This document shows, in pieces, positions 14,412-24,042 of a stretch of 31,780 bases of DNA. The stretch spans positions 1 to 31,780 of the forward strand of contig PEWA01000052.1 in NCBI GenBank assembly GCA_002780135.1, given 5' to 3'. Numbering within the stretch: the stretch's first letter is position 1; each line of letters begins with the position of its first letter. A program made the translations under genes and the position numbers. The notes under the pieces were generated by a model, which worked only from the letters and a program-made list of their open reading frames with translations, made no database searches and was not told where the DNA came from. This DNA is from Candidatus Shapirobacteria bacterium CG06_land_8_20_14_3_00_40_12. GTDB lineage: Bacteria; Patescibacteriota; Microgenomatia; UBA12405.

Positions 14412-15277
14412 CAGTTAATAGTATAAGACCTTAGGTGGGCTGACCGGGAAAGGGGGTTTGTTGATACTTCATCCATTGAAGGGGACAGCCTTTGGGATTT
14501 TAGGCCAGAATTTCGTAAAAAGTTTTTTACCAAACGATCTTCTCCGGAGTGAAAGGTAATGACTATAACCCGTCCTTTGGGTTTAACTATTTTGAGGGAA
14601 ATCTCGAGGGCTTTATTTAAATTTTTTAATTCATTATTAACGGTAATTCGGAGGGCTAAAAATATTTTTGTAGCCGGGTCGTGGGGGCAAGTTACTTTTC
14701 TATCTTTATAGAAAGAACGAATAATTTCGGCCAATCTTAATCCTGATTTGATAGGTTCCTGTTGCCGGCGATTAATAATTTTTTGAGCCAGGGGTCGGCT
14801 ATATCTTTCCTGAGAGATTTTGGAAAAAATATCAAACAAGTCCTCTTCGGAAGCCGTGTTTATTATATTTTCGGCAGTAAGGTGTTGATGAATCGGATCA
14901 AGTCTCATGTCCAGGGAAAATTGATCGTTGAAAGAAAAACCACGATTTTGGGAAAGCTGTTGGGAATTACTTAAACCCAAATCAAAGAGAAGACCGTCGA
15001 GAGGTTGATTGATGTTTTTTTTCCAGATACTTTTTAATCGGGAGAAGTTTCCTTTTAAGGGGTGAAAATTGGTAGATAAATTAAGATCAGTAATTCTTTT
15101 GGTGGCTAAAACCAAGTTATTGCTATCAGCGTCAAGACCAAAAACGGTAGCTCCCGATTTGAGGAGTGGAATAGTGTGACCACCGTGACCAAGGGTGGCA
15201 TCGAAGTAAACTTGATTTTTTTGGGGGTCAAAAAGCCTGATCACTTCATCAAGAAGAATGGGCTGGTGATACTTCAT
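14411..15277 (-). CDS. rsmH: 16S rRNA m4C1402 methyltransferase RsmH (MraW)
   Basis: YHQPILLDE, DATLGHGGHT, FDLGLS, RGFSF, LDMRLD, HDPATKIFLALRI, ITFHSGEDRLVK, NPLSRSAHLR. Confidence 0.96.
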   Translation of the reverse strand: MKYHQPILLDEVIRLFDPQKNQVYFDATLGHGGHTIPLLKSGATVFGLDADSNNLVLATKRITDLNLSTNFHPLKGNFSRLKSIWKKNINQPLDGLLFDLGLSNSQQLSQNRGFSFNDQFSLDMRLDPIHQHLTAENIINTASEEDLFDIFSKISQERYSRPLAQKIINRRQQEPIKSGLRLAEIIRSFYKDRKVTCPHDPATKIFLALRITVNNELKNLNKALEISLKIVKPKGRVIVITFHSGEDRLVKNFLRNSGLKSQRLSPSMDEVSTNPLSRSAHLRSYTIN

Positions 15278-15774
15278 TGTTTCCAGGTGATGGTGAAGCC
15301 TTTAGACTTGATTAGAGTAAGGGTAAAGGGCATCGTCAGAGCCGCCACCTGGTCGTTTTGGGTGTTTAGGGTGAGATTGAGAGTACCGCCGTTGACCCCG
15401 GCGTCATATTTGTATTTACAACCACTGGTGCAGCTTTCAGTTCCTAAAAGTATCTTGCGTTCAAAACCACCATTGGTAATGTCCTTTGATTCGGCGGTGC
15501 CGCTAACCCCTTTTTCAATTTCCAGTCCGGAATCACTAGCAGTGTAAACAAGTTCATATTCAATTTTTTTAAAGATTGGTTTTATGCCTGTAATTTTGAG
15601 AGTTAGTTCGTGACCATCGCTTCGGGGGGTGAGAGTGATTTTGGGTTTGTCGGTTTCAGTTAAGACATATTCACGGGGTACCGGAGTTGGGGTGGGTGAA
15701 ACCGGGGATTTGGACTGACTGCAGGCAGAGAGAAATATGGAGGAAAGAATAATTAAAGAAAGAAATTTTTTCAT
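15274..15774 (-). CDS. Lipoprotein of unknown function
   Basis: MKKFL + hydrophobic stretch + lipobox LSAC; Pro/Thr linker SPVSPTPTPVP; Cys pair ESCTSGCKY; ATGA overlap with rsmH. Confidence 0.75.
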   Translation of the reverse strand: MKKFLSLIILSSIFLSACSQSKSPVSPTPTPVPREYVLTETDKPKITLTPRSDGHELTLKITGIKPIFKKIEYELVYTASDSGLEIEKGVSGTAESKDITNGGFERKILLGTESCTSGCKYKYDAGVNGGTLNLTLNTQNDQVAALTMPFTLTLIKSKGFTITWKQ

Positions 15775-15777
15775 AAA

Positions 15778-17097
15778 TTAGTTTAACTTTTTTTGTAACC
15801 AGGAGTCAATTTTATTAATGTTTATCCGGATTTGAGTCATCGTATCGCGGTCACGAACAGTAACGGTATTATCCTCCAGACTTTGAAAATCAACCACCAG
15901 ACACCAAGGGGTACCGATTTCATCATGGCGGCGGTATTTTTTACCGATATTGCTACTATCGTCGAAATCTACCGAATATTTTTGTTGAAGTTTTTGATAA
16001 ATAGCTTTGGCTTTATCAACCAGTTGAGGTTTATTACTGGCCAGCGGGAAAACAGCCATTTTGTAAGCAGAAATTTGAGGGTTAATTTTAAGCCAGATTC
16101 GGGTATCGCCAGCGGCAGTTTTTTCTTCACGATAAGCGTCGAGGAGTAAAAAGAAAAAAGAACGGTCAACTCCACCGGAAGTTTCGACAATATTGGGAAT
16201 ATATTTTTGGGAAGTAGTCGGATCCCGATAGGAAAGATCTTGACCGCTGAAGAGGGAATGTTGAGTTAAATCATAATCGCTGCGCCAGTGAATCCCTTCC
16301 ATTTCAGTCCAACCCCAAGAAGAGTTAAATTCAATATCGAAGGCTTTTTTGGCGTAAAAAACCAATTCATCTTTTTGGTGTTGGCGCAGGCGGAGATTAT
16401 CTTGGCTATTGAATAGATTTTGATACCAAGAAAGACGTTTTTCTTTCCAATATTCGTACCACTTATCCATATCCTGCGGATGAACGAAGTATTGGATGTC
16501 CCATTGTTCAAATTCGCGGGTACGATAGAGAAAATTTTTAGGTGTAATTTCGTTTCGAAAAGCTTTACCGATTTGGGCAATACCGAAAGGAATTGTGACC
16601 CGGGTGGAGTCAACGATGTTTTTAAAATTAAGGTAAATGTTTTGACAGGCTTCACCCCGAAGATATGCCGGAATTTTCTCGCCTTCGATAACGCCGATTT
16701 CGGTGTGAAACAGAATATTAAATTTTTTTGGATCAGTGAGTTCACCACCACATTCGGGACATTTTAGAGAGTTGTTAATTAGGTCGGGGCGGAAACGTTT
16801 ATTACATTTTTTGCATTCGACTAATTCATCACTAAAATTTTTGACATGACCGGAGGCTTCCCAGACTTTGGGATGAGTGATAATTGATCCGTCGATTAAG
16901 ACTACATCACTGCGCCTAGTAACATTATCCCGAATCCATAAGTTTTTCCAATTGTATTTCATTAAGGAACCAATTGGACCATAGTCATAAAAACCCTGAA
17001 TACCACCGTATATATCGCTATTTTGAAAGACTATTCCCCTTCTCTTACAGAGGGCGACAATTTTAGCAACGAGATCGGATTGGGTGTCGGAAATCAT
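15778..17097 (-). CDS. glyQS: Glycine--tRNA ligase, alpha2 (eukaryote/archaea-like) type
   Basis: LCKRRG, IYGG..GFYDYGP.G, YLRGEACQ, IAQIGKAFRNEI, RTREFEQ, VETSGGVDR, YRRHDEIGTP, TVTVRDRD. Confidence 0.95.
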   Translation of the reverse strand: MISDTQSDLVAKIVALCKRRGIVFQNSDIYGGIQGFYDYGPIGSLMKYNWKNLWIRDNVTRRSDVVLIDGSIITHPKVWEASGHVKNFSDELVECKKCNKRFRPDLINNSLKCPECGGELTDPKKFNILFHTEIGVIEGEKIPAYLRGEACQNIYLNFKNIVDSTRVTIPFGIAQIGKAFRNEITPKNFLYRTREFEQWDIQYFVHPQDMDKWYEYWKEKRLSWYQNLFNSQDNLRLRQHQKDELVFYAKKAFDIEFNSSWGWTEMEGIHWRSDYDLTQHSLFSGQDLSYRDPTTSQKYIPNIVETSGGVDRSFFFLLLDAYREEKTAAGDTRIWLKINPQISAYKMAVFPLASNKPQLVDKAKAIYQKLQQKYSVDFDDSSNIGKKYRRHDEIGTPWCLVVDFQSLEDNTVTVRDRDTMTQIRININKIDSWLQKKLN

Positions 17098-17102
17098 AAG
17101 TG

Positions 17103-17108
17103 ATTATA
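17103..17108 (-). promoter_or_regulatory. Putative -10 TATAAT, 5 nt upstream of glyQS ATG
   Basis: - strand TATAAT-CACTT-ATG. Confidence 0.5.
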
Positions 17109-17676
17109 TATTATTAGTTAGGAGCCGACTACTTTGAAGAGGTTTTTCGAGAATGCTTTCAAAATAGGAAATAAGATCTTTTTGAACTAAGTGATATTTT
17201 TTGGCCAACAGATTTTGGCGAATATTGTCAGGAATGCCAAAACCTAGAGTTTCCAGAAAGTCGATTTGTCGGGAAATAAAGGGAACCAGATGATTTTGGG
17301 AAAGTTCGAGTATTATTTCTTTGGCTAAAAAAAAGATTTTAGGTGAACTCTCATTTTCAGAAGTTATGTTTTTAACAATTTCCAAAAAATAAAACAGGAG
17401 GTTTAATTGAATTAGTTTTTTTTGTTCAAACATGAATGAATTAGTAGCCAAACATTCCGACAACCAATAGATACCATTGTTTTGGCGAAGACTGATGTTG
17501 GTGATATTTCCTAACTGGAGATTGGCTCCACGGGAACTTTTTATTGATTTTACTCCGGCAGCTTTAACAATAATTTTGCCATGATTTGGAGTTAAAAAAG
17601 TAACCAAAATATCTTTCTCACCCCGGTTTTGAAGGTTGACAACTATGGCTTCAGTGCTGAATGATTGACCTATCAC
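17104..17676 (-). CDS. recO: DNA repair protein RecO
   Basis: STEAIV...GEKDILVTFLT..HGKI.V.A.GV.SIKSSR N-terminal OB-fold pattern; classic recO-glyS adjacency; GTG start overlapping the upstream TGA. Confidence 0.85.
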   Translation of the reverse strand: MIGQSFSTEAIVVNLQNRGEKDILVTFLTPNHGKIIVKAAGVKSIKSSRGANLQLGNITNISLRQNNGIYWLSECLATNSFMFEQKKLIQLNLLFYFLEIVKNITSENESSPKIFFLAKEIILELSQNHLVPFISRQIDFLETLGFGIPDNIRQNLLAKKYHLVQKDLISYFESILEKPLQSSRLLTNNI

Positions 17677-19607
17677 AGGGATAACTTGATGGTTTTATCG
17701 CTGACCCAATTGAAGGTTTCGGTACTTTTACCGTTGATGAAGATTTCGTATTCGACTCCTTTGGTGCCAGGTTGTTTTTGAAGGTAAAGAGTATAGTTTT
17801 TTGAAGCTTTGACACTACTTAAATATTGGAGGGTAACTTTGGAACTGGATTTAGCGTATAAGGGATACTTATTACCATAAAATCCCTCAAAAACCTGTTT
17901 ACCTAATTCTTCGTAGGAAAGAGTGTCAACCTCAGAGCCGGTCATCTTAATTAAACGACTACCGAGCGGGACATAAAAACGGAAAAGATCACGATATTTG
18001 GGGGCATTAAGACAGAGATCTCCCTTTTCTAAATTACAGTTTGAGGCCGGATTGGGGTTGGAATAGGTAATAGAGATTTTATGTTCAACACGGCCATCAG
18101 TTACAGAGATTTCATGTTTTATTTTTTGAGTGATAAAAATATTACTTTTGGCACTGGCAAAATTGGCGTCGTTGAGGTGAAAATAATCAGTATCGGAATT
18201 GGTGGAAACTATGTTTCCGGTAATATTGGCTAAAACAGCGGCTGTTTGCAAATCAGCGTCAGGAAAGAAAAAGAGAATGTGTTTTTCAAGAATATTTTTA
18301 ACAAAGGCGTCGGCCAGGAGTGGGATTTTAGTTTTTTCCGAACCCATAGCATTAGCCAGGAGAGCCTGCATTACCGGTGCCAAAAAGTCTTTACGGTTAT
18401 TTTCAATAAAGTTTCGGGGGCGACCGGAAATCCACTCCAGGTCGTAAATAATTTTGGGACAACCGTCACAACGCTTGTCGGGGTTGATAGTAAAAGTACC
18501 AACCCGGGTGTCAAGTTTACCCAGAACCCCGACTAAATCAACTAAAACATTAGTATCAAGGGCGACAACGGCGTCAAACTTGGTTCCTTTACCTATAGCT
18601 TTGTAATAGGCGTCAAGAAAAATCTGGGCATCGGTAGGAAAATCAGGGGAAAGATTGCTGTCGCGAAGGTTAAGATAAGGAACGTTAAGATGATAAGATT
18701 TGATTAGACGGGGGGCCGGAGTAACACTTTGGAGCTTGTCATCGAGGTCATAAATATTACTGGCAATTCCCGGGGTAACCTTGCCATTGTTCATTTTGAC
18801 GGTGGAATAGGCGGTCCAAAAACCGCCACTGGGTCTGAGTTCACCGTCGTTTTGAAAAATAACCAGATAGTTTCGGGGTTTATCTTTACCCAATAGCCAC
18901 GAAGTTTTGGTTAGAATCGGCTTACCGTCGGTAATTAATTTGTTGATTTGAGCTACGGTTTCCTTAAGTTGGTTGAAATTTTGATGAAGAGGCAAACCTT
19001 GGTAAATTTCCGGGTAACGGTTGATATCAATAGAATTTAAAGAATTTTCAATGTTCTTGATTTTATTTTCGACCAAATTAAGGTTGGGAAGCAGGCCTTC
19101 AATTGATCTGGTAAGAAAGGTAATTCGGTCTTCGGTAGTTTTGGCACTACTAGTGGCGGCTCCTTTTAATCCCAAAAAATCTTGGTAAGGTTTGACGGCT
19201 TCAATTACTATTAACCCAGTATCTAAACTATCATTGGCGATGGAAATTAGTTCCTGACCGTCCTGGTAATAATCTTTAATAAAGGGCAGAGGTTTTAGAT
19301 AGGACAAATCCGAATATTTATCGTCAATAGTTTTGATTTGACCTTTTAGATTATTAATAATGGTTTGAGTAAGTACTAGATCTTTATCAGAGACTGATGT
19401 TTTTAGCGATTCCAATTCGGTCTTTGCAACGACAACTAAAGACAATAAATTTTTACCCGGAAGATAAATAAAAAAGAAGCCGGAGAGGAAAACGATGATA
19501 AGAAAAAACAATATACTAAAGGGTATTAATAAGAACTTTTTTCTCTTGGATTTGACTTTAGGGGTTTTAGGTGTCGGAGCCGGAGTGATGGAGGAGGGCA
19601 TTTCCAT
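17673..19607 (-). CDS. DUF4012-domain membrane-anchored protein
   Basis: N-terminal TM, long helical region, RNYLVIFQNDGELRPSGGF, LRDSNLSPDFP, C-terminal beta-rich region with LQKQPG. Confidence 0.8.
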   Translation of the reverse strand: MEMPSSITPAPTPKTPKVKSKRKKFLLIPFSILFFLIIVFLSGFFFIYLPGKNLLSLVVVAKTELESLKTSVSDKDLVLTQTIINNLKGQIKTIDDKYSDLSYLKPLPFIKDYYQDGQELISIANDSLDTGLIVIEAVKPYQDFLGLKGAATSSAKTTEDRITFLTRSIEGLLPNLNLVENKIKNIENSLNSIDINRYPEIYQGLPLHQNFNQLKETVAQINKLITDGKPILTKTSWLLGKDKPRNYLVIFQNDGELRPSGGFWTAYSTVKMNNGKVTPGIASNIYDLDDKLQSVTPAPRLIKSYHLNVPYLNLRDSNLSPDFPTDAQIFLDAYYKAIGKGTKFDAVVALDTNVLVDLVGVLGKLDTRVGTFTINPDKRCDGCPKIIYDLEWISGRPRNFIENNRKDFLAPVMQALLANAMGSEKTKIPLLADAFVKNILEKHILFFFPDADLQTAAVLANITGNIVSTNSDTDYFHLNDANFASAKSNIFITQKIKHEISVTDGRVEHKISITYSNPNPASNCNLEKGDLCLNAPKYRDLFRFYVPLGSRLIKMTGSEVDTLSYEELGKQVFEGFYGNKYPLYAKSSSKVTLQYLSSVKASKNYTLYLQKQPGTKGVEYEIFINGKSTETFNWVSDKTIKLSL

Positions 19608-19612
19608 AAATC

Positions 19613-19621
19613 AGTCTAACA
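19613..19621 (-). promoter_or_regulatory. Putative extended -10 TGTTAGACT, 5 nt upstream of the DUF4012 ATG
   Basis: - strand TG-T-TAGACT-GATTT-ATG. Confidence 0.45.
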
Positions 19622-19624
19622 TGT

Positions 19625-20305
19625 TTACCAAATTGAAAACATGACAAAGGGAGTTTTGAGAATTATTTGTAACTCTTGTCGAAGAGATCGATTTTTGATG
19701 TATCTGGCGTCAAGTTCGGCCCGTTGTTTAAAACTCATATCGTTTCGTCCCGAGGTTTGCCAGAGACCGGTAATACCGGGTTTGGCGGTTTTGATAATGT
19801 CCACATATTTTTTGGATTCGGGATATTTTTTTTCATATTCAGCCAACTCTTCATTTCGGTAGGCGCGGGGGCCAACTAAACTCATTTCACCTTTGAGTAC
19901 ATTAATAAACTGAGCCATTTCATCGATTGAAGTTTTACGAATAAATTTACCAATCGGAGTGATTCGAGGATCTTCGTTCATTGGAAGTTTCCAACCATTT
20001 TTAACAAATTTCTTCCATAGGTGAGGATACTTGTCCCGAAGGAAGGCATCCATATCATTGGGATAATCTTTACCGTTATACATCGAACGAAATTTATACA
20101 TGATGAATTCCCCATTTTTACCGACGCGTTTCTGACGTAGAAGGACCGGGCCATCTGAGGTGAGCTTAATGAGCAAAGAAATAAAAACCAGTGCAGGAGA
20201 AAAAATAATCAAGAGTAAGACAGAGGAAATAATATCAATTAAACGCTTAACAAGTGGAAACATAAAAACCCTTAAGTTGTTAATAGAACTAATGTTTTTA
20301 ATCAT
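19625..20305 (-). CDS. Polyprenyl-phosphate phosphoglycosyl transferase (bacterial sugar transferase, WcaJ/PglC-like, small form)
   Basis: KRLIDI, SDGPV...Q.RVGKNG..F.MYKFRSM, DPRITPIGKFIRKTSIDE, GEMSLVGPR, KPGITGLWQ. Start uncertain (20305 or 20263). Confidence 0.9.
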   Translation of the reverse strand: MIKNISSINNLRVFMFPLVKRLIDIISSVLLLIIFSPALVFISLLIKLTSDGPVLLRQKRVGKNGEFIMYKFRSMYNGKDYPNDMDAFLRDKYPHLWKKFVKNGWKLPMNEDPRITPIGKFIRKTSIDEMAQFINVLKGEMSLVGPRAYRNEELAEYEKKYPESKKYVDIIKTAKPGITGLWQTSGRNDMSFKQRAELDARYIKNRSLRQELQIILKTPFVMFSIW

Positions 20306-21305
20306 CAACAAAAAACCTTTTTAATTTTGGGGTGTTGACAATCTTGGTGACTAATTCACGAACTTGATAACTTTGATCCAACGATGAAACTAATAAGGCA
20401 TTGGGGGTATCGATTATGGCTAAATTATTGACACCGACAACCCCGATTAATTTATCCGGACTTTCAGATGATAATAAACAGCGATGACTGTTCTGGGAGA
20501 GATACTTGGTTTGGGAATTGACGGTGGCAATTTTTTGGTGATCAAAGGCGGACTTGGCAAAAATTGATCCCCATTCCCCAACATCACTCCAATCAAATGA
20601 GGCCTTAAGACAACTGATATTTTTACTTTTTTCGGAGATGGCTTTATCAAAAGAGAGTGATGGGGATTTTTGATAGGTGGGGTGAGGGAAGTGTTGGTTG
20701 AATTCTGAGAGATAGGTGCCGAGAGTGGCCGTATAAATACCCGAATTCCAAAGGGCATCATTAATGATATATTTTAGGGCCCTGATTTTATCCGGTTTTT
20801 CGATAAATCTTTTATTTTTGAGAATGTAGCCGTAGGAAGTATTGGGAGACGAAGGGTGAATGCCGATGGTAACCAGCGACAAAGATTCTCTGGCGATATG
20901 GGCAACCAAAAATAAGTCCTTTTTGAATTTGTCGACCGGATGAATAAAGTGATCGGAGGGTAAAAAGGAAATCACCGTATTCGGATCTAAGTCCTTGAAT
21001 TGATTTAGGGTGTAATAAATAGCGAGGGCGGTATTTTTTTTATCCGGTTCAATAATAACCTGATTTTGGGGGATAAAATTATTAGCGATTTTTTTTATGT
21101 GATTAATGTTTCGATTACTAGTAACGATATAAATATTTTCCCTGGGGGCAACGTGAAGCAGGCGACGGAGAGTTTGTTCAAGGAGACTTTTGTCGGATAA
21201 AATAGACAGAAATTGTTTAGGGTTCGAGGTAGTGGATAAGGGCCAGAGTCTCGGGCCGGTACCACCGCAAAGGATTACTAAGAGATGATTTTTTTGGTTT
21301 GACAT
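20298..21305 (-). CDS. manC: Mannose-1-phosphate guanylyltransferase (no cupin domain)
   Basis: VILCGGTGPRLWPLS...PKQF, SLLEQT, IEP..KNTA, PSDH, YGYI, RFIEKP, WNSG, SFDKAISEK, WSDVGEW. Confidence 0.9.
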   Translation of the reverse strand: MSNQKNHLLVILCGGTGPRLWPLSTTSNPKQFLSILSDKSLLEQTLRRLLHVAPRENIYIVTSNRNINHIKKIANNFIPQNQVIIEPDKKNTALAIYYTLNQFKDLDPNTVISFLPSDHFIHPVDKFKKDLFLVAHIARESLSLVTIGIHPSSPNTSYGYILKNKRFIEKPDKIRALKYIINDALWNSGIYTATLGTYLSEFNQHFPHPTYQKSPSLSFDKAISEKSKNISCLKASFDWSDVGEWGSIFAKSAFDHQKIATVNSQTKYLSQNSHRCLLSSESPDKLIGVVGVNNLAIIDTPNALLVSSLDQSYQVRELVTKIVNTPKLKRFFVDD

Positions 21306-22354
21306 AGGGATAAAATCTCTTTTTTAAAGTTTAGCATAAAGGTAGACCGGCTAAACTTTTCCGAATTTTGGCGACAGTCGGCGGATTTTATATTTGAAGA
21401 AAAGAAGAGTTTAATAGCCTGAGCAAGAGAAGAACATGATTGGTGGGGATAAAGAATTCCGCTTTTACCGTCAACTACTGTTTCGGAGTTTCCACCAAGA
21501 CCAAAACCTATAACCGGTCGGCCACAGGCCTGGGCTTCCAGCGAAGTCAGACCAAAATCTTCCAGTTGGGGTGAGATTAAGCCCAGGCTTTGCTGATAAA
21601 GTTGACGAAGTGAATCGTTTGACACCAGACCTAAGAGTTCTATGTTTTTGAAAGGATATGCTTGTCTTTTTAACCTGGGGAGGTCACGGCCGACACCGAC
21701 AATCTTTAAGGTGTACGGAAGAGTTTGGAATGTTTCGATAACATAATCAATATTTTTGTAGGGAACCAGGCGATTGACAATTAGAAAATAATTTTTCTGT
21801 TTTGAAGTGATGGGGGTGAAGTATTGAATATCGATACCCGGATAAATAACTTTAGCGAGTATGTCAAAAGTATCACTCAGTCTTTTTTGGACAGTTTCCG
21901 AATTGCAAAAAGAATAATCGGGGCGACGCGAGTAGATGTGATCAATTTTTTGATAAAGACCAAGAAGTAGCGATAAATATTTATTTTGGTTCTGATAAAG
22001 ATGGCGATTGAAATTGTGATAATAACAAACAAAAAGACTTTCAGGCGAGGTTAAAAGGGAATGGCCAACATTGGTGGTGGTAGCGATAACTAAATCGTAT
22101 GCGGTTAGATCAAAACTTTCAGTGGCGATATCATAAAAAGGTGAAAAAATCGGCGACGGGTTTTTAATAAAACTAGAATGAATTTTTATACCTTTGGGAA
22201 ACCAGGGTGTATTTTGGGGATCACAAAAGAGTGTAAAAAGTTGGGCTTGAGGGAAAAGTGACAAAATATCAAGAAGAACCCTCTCAGCTCCCCCCCATTG
22301 GTTTAGCCAGTCGTAATAAATAGCAACCTTAAGATCTTTCCAAGATTTCTTCAT
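21278..22354 (-). CDS. GT4 glycosyltransferase
   Basis: YDWLNQWGGAERVL, RLVPYKNID, EDFGLTSLEAQACGRPVI. Confidence 0.9.
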   Translation of the reverse strand: MKKSWKDLKVAIYYDWLNQWGGAERVLLDILSLFPQAQLFTLFCDPQNTPWFPKGIKIHSSFIKNPSPIFSPFYDIATESFDLTAYDLVIATTTNVGHSLLTSPESLFVCYYHNFNRHLYQNQNKYLSLLLGLYQKIDHIYSRRPDYSFCNSETVQKRLSDTFDILAKVIYPGIDIQYFTPITSKQKNYFLIVNRLVPYKNIDYVIETFQTLPYTLKIVGVGRDLPRLKRQAYPFKNIELLGLVSNDSLRQLYQQSLGLISPQLEDFGLTSLEAQACGRPVIGFGLGGNSETVVDGKSGILYPHQSCSSLAQAIKLFFSSNIKSADCRQNSEKFSRSTFMLNFKKEILSLCQTKKIIS

Positions 22355-23453
22355 AAATTTTTAGGGTGGAGGAAGCGGTTTTGGTCCAGGAATATTTAGT
22401 TATTTGTTTATGGCCAAGCTTAATTAGGCGGGAACGAAGTGTCGAATCTTTAAGAAGAAGGGTGATTTGGTTAACTAAATCGTTTTTGTTGTGTGGGTCA
22501 AAATAGAGAACGGAGGAACCGTAGATTTCAGGTAGACAGCTGGAAGACGCAGCAATGACGGGGCAATTTAGACTCATGGCTTCGAGACCGGTCAGACTAA
22601 AACCTTCCATAAAAGAGGGATGAACTAAACATAAGGCTTGGGAATAAAGTTTGGGGAAATCAGAGTCTTTGACAAAACCAAGAAAAGTTACTTGGGAATC
22701 AACTCCTAGTTTTTGGGACAAAACCTCGGCCTCCTTTTGGAAAACGCTTCGGGCACAGATTATTTTTAATTGAATCCCGGGTAATTTTTGCAGAGCCTCA
22801 AAAACTACTTTGATATTTTTATGGGGATAGAGGTTACCAGTGTATAGAATATAGTTTTTAGGAGGACAGACATAAGACGATAAATTGAGAAATTTAGGAT
22901 CAACAGCTTCATAAATAGTAGTGATTTTTGTAGAAGATAGCCCGAAACGATTTAAAAGAATGTTTCGCCAGAAATTACTCGGAACGATAATATAATTATT
23001 TTTGATATTAACTTTGGTGGCTAACCGATAGGCTAGGTATTTTGGCCAATAGGTAAAAACAGATTTGGTGGTGGTACTTTTCCCTCTGAAATAATGTTTG
23101 ATTAAATCGTGAATAGTGATAATTGATAGTCCGGTATAAAAAAGAGGCTTATTAAAGTGGGTAAAATGAACTAGGTTGGGTTTACGTTTGGAAATATAAG
23201 AGGGTAGTAGGATCTGTTCAGAAAAGGAATAGTGGGAGATATCGGTGGGAAAATATCGATATGAAATGCCCAAGTCTTGTTTAACAGTGTCAAGGTCTTC
23301 TTGTTTGACGATTAAACCGAACTGATATTTATTAAAGTTTTTTTGCTGGGGTAGAGCCAAAAGGAGATTTTGAGTGTAGCGGCCGATACCGGTTTTGGTC
23401 GGACCATAAAGCCGGGCGTCGATAATGATATGGGGTTTGACTTTATTTGACAT
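22329..23453 (-). CDS. GT4 glycosyltransferase (MtfB-like)
   Basis: IDARLYG..TGIGRY, TIHDLI, YTGNLYPHKN, PSFMEGFSLTGLEAM, YSWTKTA. Confidence 0.9.
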   Translation of the reverse strand: MSNKVKPHIIIDARLYGPTKTGIGRYTQNLLLALPQQKNFNKYQFGLIVKQEDLDTVKQDLGISYRYFPTDISHYSFSEQILLPSYISKRKPNLVHFTHFNKPLFYTGLSIITIHDLIKHYFRGKSTTTKSVFTYWPKYLAYRLATKVNIKNNYIIVPSNFWRNILLNRFGLSSTKITTIYEAVDPKFLNLSSYVCPPKNYILYTGNLYPHKNIKVVFEALQKLPGIQLKIICARSVFQKEAEVLSQKLGVDSQVTFLGFVKDSDFPKLYSQALCLVHPSFMEGFSLTGLEAMSLNCPVIAASSSCLPEIYGSSVLYFDPHNKNDLVNQITLLLKDSTLRSRLIKLGHKQITKYSWTKTASSTLKIYEEILERS

Positions 23454-23469
23454 TTTTTATACAATTACT

Positions 23470-24042
23470 TTAATCATCAGGGAGAACACGACCCTTAGAC
23501 TTTGTGTCTATGTGCGACGCCTCCCGATTTTTTTGCTTGTATTCTAACTTATATTTTTCTCGGTATAAAAAGATTTTAAAGCCTTGGAATTCTTTAAGAA
23601 GACTTGATTCGGAGTATTTGTTGGGGATAATTATTTTTAGCAGTTTGTGGTTTTTATTTAGAAAATGGTGAAGGCAATAGAAATCACCATCTCCGGAAAC
23701 GATAATAGCTTGATCGTAGTTTTGGTACTCAATAGCAGCTGAATGTAATACTAATTCGGCATCAACATTTCCTTTAACGATACCTTGGTGATTTTTGATT
23801 GAGGGTTTATATACTAACTTGTATCCGAAGGACTTTAAGGAAGAGTAGAGTTTTTGATTTTCTTTAACATATCCAATAAAAAGAATAGCTTTGTTAATTT
23901 TGAATTTATCTTTCAAATAAATGAAGAACTTTTTAAAATCTAGTTTCCACCCCCGATAAACCGTTTTTTTGTCTCGAAGAATGTCGTTGCCGGTACCAAG
24001 ATTCAGGTTTTGACTATCAATAAAAGCGTAGATTTTGGTCAT
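23470..24042 (-). CDS. NYN (LabA/DUF88, PIN-like) domain protein, putative ribonuclease
   Basis: AFIDSQNL, KGNVDAELV, IVSGDGDF acidic PIN-fold motifs; ATGA overlap with upstream GT2. Confidence 0.85.
   Translation of the reverse strand: MTKIYAFIDSQNLNLGTGNDILRDKKTVYRGWKLDFKKFFIYLKDKFKINKAILFIGYVKENQKLYSSLKSFGYKLVYKPSIKNHQGIVKGNVDAELVLHSAAIEYQNYDQAIIVSGDGDFYCLHHFLNKNHKLLKIIIPNKYSESSLLKEFQGFKIFLYREKYKLEYKQKNREASHIDTKSKGRVLPDD

Noticed and set aside
15778-17097. glyQS as a dedicated Gly-tRNA supplier for the ATE-like transferase
   Set aside because: recO-glyS linkage is common housekeeping synteny and no other GlyRS context is visible; proximity alone is not evidence.
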